Positions 55,867 to 64,000 of a stretch of 64,000 bases of DNA are shown here, one piece after another. The translations under genes were made by a program, and so were the position numbers. The stretch lies in assembly GCA_038199985.1 (NCBI GenBank), contig JBBPYK010000088.1:9555-73554 (forward strand). The letters are read 5' to 3'. The DNA is from Actinomycetales bacterium. GTDB lineage: Bacteria; Actinomycetota; Actinomycetes; Actinomycetales; Micrococcaceae. Positions within the stretch are counted from its first letter, which is position 1, and each line of letters begins with the position of its first letter. Below the pieces are notes generated by a model. That model was not told where the DNA came from and made no database searches. It saw nothing but the letters and a program-made list of their open reading frames with translations.

Positions 55867-55924
55867 GTTCAACCTCGTTAATCGGTTGATGCCTCTCATT
55901 GATCATTCTGACCAAATTGAAGGA

Positions 55925-55945
55925 CTTGAGTCGATAACGCTCATG
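55925..55945. promoter_or_regulatory. HAIR-like inverted repeat 1 (HspR operator candidate)
   Basis: CTTGAGT-N7-GCTCATG compared with the consensus CTTGAGT-N7-ACTCAAG. Confidence 0.5.
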
Positions 55946-55950
55946 TCTGA

Positions 55951-57951
<2,001 letters not shown>

Positions 57952-57953
57952 AC

Positions 57954-58658
57954 ATGGCCAACCACGGAGATGAGAACGGGCACGAAGGTGCCGACGAACA
58001 GGAACCGGTGACGGTCCGGGACAACCGGAAGATCGACCCGGAGACAGGGCAAGTCCGTGGTCAGGCTGAGGACGCGAGCGGGGAGGCTGCCTCCGAAGAG
58101 GCAGCCAGCCCTGCAGCGGAATCAACGGACGGAGATGCCTCGATGTCAGCTTCTGATGGTGGCGGTGATGCACTGTCGCAGGCGGAAGCAATCCTCAACG
58201 GGGCAGGCGACGCCGACGACGCATCAGTGACAGAAGCCACTGATGCAATGGCAGAGCTGCGCAACGATTACCTTCGGTTACAGGCTGAGTACGTCAACTA
58301 CCGTAAACGCGTTGAACGCGACCGGGACGTTGCCCGCGATATGGCTGTCATCGGAGTTATCAACACCTTGATGCCCGTCTTGGATGATATCGACGCAGCA
58401 CGTCAGCATGGTGATCTGGCCGACGGCCCCTTCGCCGCGATCTCCACCAAACTGGAGACCGCGCTGGGGACGTATGGCCTAACGAGGATCGATGAAACTG
58501 GTGTGGATTTCGACCCGAATATCCACGAGGCTCTGATCCAGCAGCAGAGCGCAGATGTCACTTCTGACAGTGTGAGCCAGATTCTGCGCGTTGGTTACAA
58601 GAAGAATGACCGGGTGCTCCGTGCAGCTCAGGTCATTGTGGCTGTACCGGAAGCCTAG
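57954..58658 (+). CDS. grpE: nucleotide exchange factor GrpE
   Basis: LRLQAEYVNYRKRVERD and HEALIQ motifs. Acidic, disordered N-terminus. Confidence 0.93.
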   Translation: MANHGDENGHEGADEQEPVTVRDNRKIDPETGQVRGQAEDASGEAASEEAASPAAESTDGDASMSASDGGGDALSQAEAILNGAGDADDASVTEATDAMAELRNDYLRLQAEYVNYRKRVERDRDVARDMAVIGVINTLMPVLDDIDAARQHGDLADGPFAAISTKLETALGTYGLTRIDETGVDFDPNIHEALIQQQSADVTSDSVSQILRVGYKKNDRVLRAAQVIVAVPEA

Positions 58659-58755
58659 CGGTGACCGTGGGGTGGGTCTTCGTTCCCGCTGGACGAGGAC
58701 CCACTTCCACCACTCGCTGACGCTCATCAGGTTTTAGAACGGAAAGGACACGTCC

Positions 58756-59763
58756 TTGGCAAGTCAGGATTGGGTCGAGAAGGATTTTTACAAGATTCTT
58801 GGTGTAGACAAGGACGCTACCGACTCCGACATCAAAAAGCAGTACCGTAAGATGGCGCGGAAATTTCATCCCGATCAGAACCCGGGTGATGCCGCAGCCG
58901 AGAAGCGGTTCAAGGACATTTCAGAAGCCTATGCAGTGCTGTCAGATGCTGAGGATCGGCAACAGTATGACGCCCTGCGGGCAATGGGCGGCGGCGCCCG
59001 ATTCTCGGCAGGCGGTCCTGGTGGCGGCGCTGGTGGCGCAACCGGCAATGCCGGATTCGAAGATCTATTTGGTGGCCTGTTCGGTCAGGGGCAAGGACAG
59101 AGTCGCCCTGGACGTGGTGGTGGGGGCTTCTCCCAGGGCAACGTCCCGCCTGAGTTCGCAGACCTATTCGGTGGCGGATTCTCCGGTGGAGGCTCTGGCT
59201 TCGGGCAAGCACCACCGCGGAAGGGCGCGGATCGTACTGCCAGCACCACGATCTCCTTCGGTGGCTCAATCAATGGCACCTCAATCGGTTTGCGTGAACC
59301 ATCAGGTGAGGTCATCGACGTCAGGATTCCGGCGGGTATCAAAGACGGACAAAAGGTCCGGGTCCGTGGCAAGGGACAGCAGGGCCCAGCTGGTAGCGGG
59401 GATCTGATGGTCGCGGTTAGCGTGCGGTCGCACGAGTTTTTCACCCGCGACGGCAATAATATTCGAGTTCATGTGCCGGTGGCGTTCGCGGAGGCTGCGC
59501 TTGGAGCACAGATAGATGTGCCAACCATGACCGGGGACACGGTCAAGGTAAAAGTTCCGGCAGGAACGCCGGCGGGACGCACTTTTCGGGTAAAGGGCCG
59601 CGGAGTCAAGACGTCCAAAGGAACCGGCGATCTGCTGGTCACCATCGACGTCGTCGTCCCGCAGAACTTGAACAAGGAAGCCGAAGCCGCCGTGAAAGCT
59701 TTTTCCGAAGCCACCAAGGATGCAAATCCACGGAGTGGGCTTGCGGCGAAAGCCAAGCTTTAG
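58756..59763 (+). CDS. dnaJ: J-domain co-chaperone, class II (DnaJ/CbpA-like, no zinc-finger domain)
   Basis: J domain DFYKILGV...KKQYRKMARKFHPDQN, a G/F-rich linker and C-terminal beta domains. No CxxCxGxG repeats are present. TTG start. Confidence 0.9.
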   Translation: MASQDWVEKDFYKILGVDKDATDSDIKKQYRKMARKFHPDQNPGDAAAEKRFKDISEAYAVLSDAEDRQQYDALRAMGGGARFSAGGPGGGAGGATGNAGFEDLFGGLFGQGQGQSRPGRGGGGFSQGNVPPEFADLFGGGFSGGGSGFGQAPPRKGADRTASTTISFGGSINGTSIGLREPSGEVIDVRIPAGIKDGQKVRVRGKGQQGPAGSGDLMVAVSVRSHEFFTRDGNNIRVHVPVAFAEAALGAQIDVPTMTGDTVKVKVPAGTPAGRTFRVKGRGVKTSKGTGDLLVTIDVVVPQNLNKEAEAAVKAFSEATKDANPRSGLAAKAKL

Positions 59764-59803
59764 TCATCCGTTGGCATAACCGCGGCATGAAGGGAGACGC
59801 ACC

Positions 59804-60226
59804 ATGGGCATCGATCTAACGGCGCCAATCTTTGTGATCTCGGTTGCCGCGGAGCTGGCGGATATGCATCCGCAGACGCTGCGTCAATACGACAGGTTGG
59901 GTATAGTTCGGCCGCTGAGACAAGCAGGGAGACAGCGCCGCTACTCTCAGCATGATGTCAATATCCTTCGGGAGGTGCAGCGCCTCTCACAGGAGGGTGT
60001 TTCCCTCGAAGGGATCCGCCGGATCCTGGAACTTGAAAATCAGGTGGCCGCTCTGCGGAGTCGCGTTTCCGAACTGGCTGAGGAACTCTCTGAGATGCGT
60101 TCAACGACGGATGGGTCACGGGTGTTCGCCGCAGGATTGGCTGGCGACGTTGTGACACTGGCCCGAGGGCAACGCCCGCGTGCGCGCGGCCAGTCGCTGG
60201 TGATCTGGCGGGGTGGACAGCGCTGA
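59804..60226 (+). CDS. hspR: MerR-family heat-shock repressor HspR
   Basis: FVISVAAELADMHPQTLRQYDRLGIVRP...RRYSQHDV; last gene of the dnaK operon. Confidence 0.9.
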   Translation: MGIDLTAPIFVISVAAELADMHPQTLRQYDRLGIVRPLRQAGRQRRYSQHDVNILREVQRLSQEGVSLEGIRRILELENQVAALRSRVSELAEELSEMRSTTDGSRVFAAGLAGDVVTLARGQRPRARGQSLVIWRGGQR

Positions 60227-60241
60227 AGCTTTGAAGCGAAG

Positions 60242-60289
60242 ATCAAGCAGGGGCAGTCACTCTTTTTGCAGTGACTGCCCCTGCTTGAT
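60242..60289. terminator. bidirectional hairpin terminator
   Basis: ATCAAGCAGGGGCAGTCACT-CTTTTTGC-AGTGACTGCCCCTGCTTGAT is a 20-bp perfect stem between convergent genes. Confidence 0.75.
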
Positions 60290-60300
60290 TCTCCGGGGCC

Positions 60301-60933
60301 CTACTGCGGCCCGGTCAATGTATTCGCTGATCCGAGGGTCTCCGGAGCGGCGCCCAGCGGTTCCTCCCACGTGACGGTGTTGCCGTCGCCGGCCACCCAC
60401 ACTGATTCCACGGTGGAGGTCTTCACCGTGTTCATGTTGCCTTCAAGCCTCAGGGTGCCCACGGAGGTGGCCTCAAAGGTGCTGGCATCTCCGACCACCG
60501 AGATGTCGCCCAGAGCTCCACCTGACACAGTGTTCTTGCCGCTCTTGTCCACGATGCCTGCGGCGTTTTCGACTTTAAGGACGATTCCCTCCCCGCTGAG
60601 GGTGATAATGCCGCAGTCGCCCGTCAGGTTCAGCGGGCTCTCCATGGACGATTCGACGGTGATGTCCTCGCCCTGACACTCGTCGCCGTCGGCAAGGTCT
60701 GTCGCGGCCTCGTCCTTGCTCGGCGCGGCTTCACCGGAGCGGGCCGTGGCGGAGGGGCTGGAGGTCGGCTCAGTACTGGTGTCAGCCGATGATTCCTTGG
60801 TGACCTTAGGTGCGGCCGTATCCGATGGCTTAGGTGTACTGGGCTCGGTCACATCCGCCCCGCAAGCAGCGAGGGACAGTGCGGTGGCACCTAGCGCCGC
60901 CGTTGCGAGGTAGCGCTTCAAAGCATGGCCCAT
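60301..60933 (-). CDS. DUF3060-like lipoprotein
   Basis: Lipobox LSLAACG, a Ser/Thr/Pro-rich linker, then repeated G.GN.V beta-solenoid-like units (GDCGIITLSGEGIVLKV, GKNTVSGG, GNMNTVKT, GDGNTVTW). Confidence 0.65.
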   Translation of the reverse strand: MGHALKRYLATAALGATALSLAACGADVTEPSTPKPSDTAAPKVTKESSADTSTEPTSSPSATARSGEAAPSKDEAATDLADGDECQGEDITVESSMESPLNLTGDCGIITLSGEGIVLKVENAAGIVDKSGKNTVSGGALGDISVVGDASTFEATSVGTLRLEGNMNTVKTSTVESVWVAGDGNTVTWEEPLGAAPETLGSANTLTGPQ

Positions 60934-61028
60934 GAACGACTCCGATGTCTCTGTGTGACACCACTCTGGCGTCTAGACTTCAGAATAACAGTCGTTTAAT
61001 TAACGCGCCGAACTCAGAGTTCTATCGA

Positions 61029-62906
61029 TTAGGGCCTGCAGCCACCGTTCTGCACCTGGAAGGTGTCCAACCGGTGAATGAAGGCTGCCATGGCTTCACG
61101 GGTGATGGGTGAAACCTGACGGTAGGTTCCATCACTCCATCCATTGGAGATGCTGGTCGCGTCCATCCAGGCGATCTCTGTATAGAACTGTGAAGTACGG
61201 CTGACGTCGACAAAGGGCGACGAGGCCGGAGCCCGGTAGGACGCTGCCGCACGTACGTTGCAGAAGTCGCCGGCATAGCGGTAAAGGAACGCAGCCATGG
61301 CGTCACGATTAATGGTGCTATTCGGGCGGTAGGAGCCATTGGACCACCCATTGGCTAGTCCCTTGGCATTCATCCACGCGATTTCCTTGTAATAAGGATG
61401 CCTGGTGGACACGTCCGTGAACGGGCTACGGGATGGTGCAGTGAAAGCGGGGCTTCCAGCGAGCCGATACATAAACGCGGCCATGGCGTCACGGTTCATC
61501 GCAGCGTAGGGCCGGTACGTTCCATCTGACCAGCCGGTGGTCAACTTGCGGTTGTACATCCATTCGATATCGCTGCGAAAGCCAGATCCCGAGATGTCAC
61601 TGAAAGTGCTTCCGGAGTCGATCGTCACAGAGGCGTAGCTGCCGTTGACGCTGTTGATCTTGACCGTGGTGCCCGCGTGCGTGCGGAATGTCTGGCCGTT
61701 CTGCCAGGTCAGGTTGGGGTGGTAGTAGCCCGCGGCCGGACGTGTGTTTGGCCGCAACACAATCGACGACGCCGCTGTCAGGCCCCCACTCTGGGTAATC
61801 TTGACGCCGTGATTCCCACCGACGGCGAGGTTCCGATCGAAACCATAGGGGGTTCGTAGCTCAAGGTAGTACACCTCACCGCTACGGGGATCGGTGAACT
61901 TGACTGCTCGGTTGGATGCGGTTCCAGCCCATGGCCGCAGGGTATGAGTCTTGCTGCCGGAGACGACGCCGAGGTTGCGGACTTCGTCGCCTCGTCCAAA
62001 CCCACCCTTGTCCCAGAAGCTGGCGCTGATGACAGCGGTATCCCAGTAGCGACCGATGCCCATGACGTCGAGTGAGTCGCCATATTCCTTGATGCCGCAG
62101 GTGGAACCCGAGTAAACGGCGACGTCCGGCTGTCCCGATCCACACTGCAGGGCATCTGCGTGCAGGAGCCCCAGAAGATGACCGAACTCGTGGGTGGTGA
62201 CGTTCCCTGTAAAGTTGCTCGGCTTGGGCATCAGGATCCGCCCCCCGGTTCCGCTACCGCTCCAGCCCGCGCCGAGTGCGCCGCCGGAGAGGGTGTCGGT
62301 GGGGATGAAGATGACCAGTGCGTTGTAGCCGGTCTTTGACCAGTTCAGCTCCTTCGTCACCTGGTTCATGATGTCCCAGTAGTTCCAGGTGGAACGTGCC
62401 TTTGAGTTGTGCCCAAGGCGGGTGGAGCCAACGGACATGGAAATCCGATTGTTCGACATCGACTTCCAGTAGGTACTCGACTGATTGACGGCTGATTTGG
62501 CAGCGTTCACGTCGATGGACCCGGCCTGCGCCTTGTCGGCGAGGTTAACCGTGACGAGGGTGACGTTGATGTTCCCCCGACGTTGGCCGGGTGCGCTCAT
62601 GGGGGAGGCGATGCCGCGTTCGGCAAGTTTCGCCGCATTATCCAGGGGGCTGCCTGGTTCTACGCGGTGATCGGTGATGGGGGCCCCGGGATCCGGGGCG
62701 ATGACCGGCGGTGCCGTCGGTGTTGTCGGAGCGCTATATGCGGGCGCGGCGCCAAGTGTGGTGAGGCTGCCAGCCAGAAGTATGAGTGCGGTGAACGTAG
62801 CGGTGCGCTGCAGTAGTGACACAGGAGGGCTCTCTCGATCCGGGTTTTCCCAGGGACATGGGAAGTTACAGGTGCTACCAGGATCAATCGGCAATAAATT
62901 TCGCAC
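61029..62906 (-). CDS. secreted metzincin-type zinc metalloprotease with three C-terminal SLH domains
   Basis: Signal-like TFTALILLAGSLTTLGAAPAYSA. HEFGHLLGLLH fits HExxHxxGxxH. Three repeats carry the F.D(I/V)S....(Y/F)...I.WM......GWS.G.YRP...I.R.AMAAF.YR SLH pattern. The start is uncertain (ATG 62906 or GTG 62822). Confidence 0.75.
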   Translation of the reverse strand: MRNLLPIDPGSTCNFPCPWENPDRESPPVSLLQRTATFTALILLAGSLTTLGAAPAYSAPTTPTAPPVIAPDPGAPITDHRVEPGSPLDNAAKLAERGIASPMSAPGQRRGNINVTLVTVNLADKAQAGSIDVNAAKSAVNQSSTYWKSMSNNRISMSVGSTRLGHNSKARSTWNYWDIMNQVTKELNWSKTGYNALVIFIPTDTLSGGALGAGWSGSGTGGRILMPKPSNFTGNVTTHEFGHLLGLLHADALQCGSGQPDVAVYSGSTCGIKEYGDSLDVMGIGRYWDTAVISASFWDKGGFGRGDEVRNLGVVSGSKTHTLRPWAGTASNRAVKFTDPRSGEVYYLELRTPYGFDRNLAVGGNHGVKITQSGGLTAASSIVLRPNTRPAAGYYHPNLTWQNGQTFRTHAGTTVKINSVNGSYASVTIDSGSTFSDISGSGFRSDIEWMYNRKLTTGWSDGTYRPYAAMNRDAMAAFMYRLAGSPAFTAPSRSPFTDVSTRHPYYKEIAWMNAKGLANGWSNGSYRPNSTINRDAMAAFLYRYAGDFCNVRAAASYRAPASSPFVDVSRTSQFYTEIAWMDATSISNGWSDGTYRQVSPITREAMAAFIHRLDTFQVQNGGCRP

Positions 62907-62934
62907 CGTTAGCAGTGATGCGAAATCTCTTCAA

Positions 62935-63840
62935 TCAGGCGCGCCGATAAGCGAGATCAAATATCATCCGGCCGGCTTCGTGTGCCTTGTTCTCAAAGCT
63001 TGTGAGCTCACGACCCGCAAAGCGCGGAGCCCAACCGCCTGTGCTGTCCTCGTCGTCACCCACCGACGCATTTCCGGTGCTGACGGGAAGCTTGCCCTCC
63101 CGAACAGGCGCCCCACCCACTACTCGTTCGACGCCGCTGGCCCACACTTGGGTCAGCGGACTCTCGAGACCACTGCACTCGCCTTCGTGCAGGTTCTTGA
63201 ACTCGGGGGATTCTGCTAGGACGGAGCGCATCTGCACTGCGTAGTCGGACCAGTCTGTGGCCAGGCGCCAGACGCCACCGGGTTCAAGAATGCGGGCTGC
63301 GAGCTCTGCGAAGCTGCGCTGAACGAGTCGGCGTTTGAGGTGGCGCTTCTTGTGCCATGGGTCAGGAAAGAACACCCACAATTCGGAAACCGACCCGGGT
63401 TCGAGCATGGTTTCTAGTGCCTCGGGTGCGTTGGCCTGCACCACCCGAACGTTCTCCAGCCCAAGCTGACCGACACGGTAGAGCGTTTGAGCAAGGCCAG
63501 GGAGATACACCTCGACGGCGAGGAAATTTCGCTCCGGATGATTCTGAGCTGCCGCAGTGACGGCTTCGCCGAGACCAGAACCGACCTCAACTGTCAAGGG
63601 GGCAACCCGGCCGAAGGTAGCGTCGACGTCGAGTCGGAAGTCCGAGTGGACAGACGTGTCTGACATGTTGCGGGGAACATCAATGGCGAAGCGCTCCCGG
63701 TACTGCTCCCACGCAAGCTCGCGGCGGCCCTGCAACCGGGAGCCCCTGCGTACGAATGACACTGTCTGCACGCCGTAGGGTTTGCCCTCTGCGTTGTATT
63801 TTGCGGGGGCCCGGTGCGTCTTGTCTGGTTCGCTGCTCAT
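62935..63840 (-). CDS. trmB: tRNA (guanine46-N7)-methyltransferase
   Basis: VEVGSGLGEA, FLAVEV and FFPDPWHKKRHLKRRLV motifs. ATG at 63840 is preferred to the ORF-track 63966. Confidence 0.88.
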   Translation of the reverse strand: MSSEPDKTHRAPAKYNAEGKPYGVQTVSFVRRGSRLQGRRELAWEQYRERFAIDVPRNMSDTSVHSDFRLDVDATFGRVAPLTVEVGSGLGEAVTAAAQNHPERNFLAVEVYLPGLAQTLYRVGQLGLENVRVVQANAPEALETMLEPGSVSELWVFFPDPWHKKRHLKRRLVQRSFAELAARILEPGGVWRLATDWSDYAVQMRSVLAESPEFKNLHEGECSGLESPLTQVWASGVERVVGGAPVREGKLPVSTGNASVGDDEDSTGGWAPRFAGRELTSFENKAHEAGRMIFDLAYRRA

Positions 63841-64000
63841 CGGCTCTAGGGTATCCCGCCGGGTCTCACTGTGCCCCTTCGCTTCAGCAAGAGTGATGAG
63901 GCCAACAACCGGCGGGTCGCCACTTTCCGCATACAGCTGGTAAACTGAGGGAACTTGCCTGTGCACTTTAGGCTCCGACTACTGCATGTCGGACCGCATA

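Overview
The window looks like core chromosome from a high-GC actinobacterium. Gene content resembles Micrococcales or Arthrobacter, but that is inference from gene content only. It is densely coding, with about 65 protein genes, one tRNA and one riboswitch. I saw no transposase, integrase, prophage, CRISPR array or recognisable defence island.

Recognisable content, from left to right:
- A partial FadE-like acyl-CoA dehydrogenase, Ohr, and an orphan OmpR-type response regulator next to a His-less Hpt-like ORF.
- MscS and a Xi-class glutathione S-transferase (GST).
- An IdeR-box-preceded siderophore ABC importer whose ATPase is fused to a siderophore-interacting reductase.
- A Balon/Rv2629-like protein with an aeRF1 (archaeal/eukaryotic release factor 1) fold.
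- A YihY, LEA-like, Holin-X and DUF3618 envelope-stress cluster.
- Cys-less rpmB-rpmG-rpsN, then hup.
- A CopD/CtaG fusion followed by a thioredoxin-NHL protein.
- An LpqY-SugABC-like trehalose importer, then panD and tRNA-Gly(CCC).
- An SseB-SseB-protealysin-emfourin operon, then kynA and dcd.
- A translationally coupled histidine kinase, unknown membrane protein and LuxR response regulator triad.
- A six-gene Mrp antiporter.
- A TPP riboswitch controlling a YkoEDC-type ECF transporter.
- pabC, a P-loop-PabB fusion and a low-molecular-weight protein tyrosine phosphatase (LMW-PTP).
- The dnaK-grpE-dnaJ-hspR operon with HAIR (HspR-associated inverted repeat) operators.
- A DUF3060 lipoprotein, a metzincin with three SLH (S-layer homology) domains, and trmB.

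Nothing here is a clear-cut novel system. The best candidates for under-described biology are:
- the kinase / membrane protein / regulator triad (36822-39714);
- the SseB-SseB-protealysin-emfourin operon (32881-35200);
- the two Rosetta-stone fusions (ABC ATPase with siderophore-interacting protein, and P-loop with PabB);
- a shared long palindromic intergenic element seen twice;
- a low-GC small secreted-peptide gene upstream of dnaK.

All family assignments come from reading motifs by eye. No searches or alignments were run.
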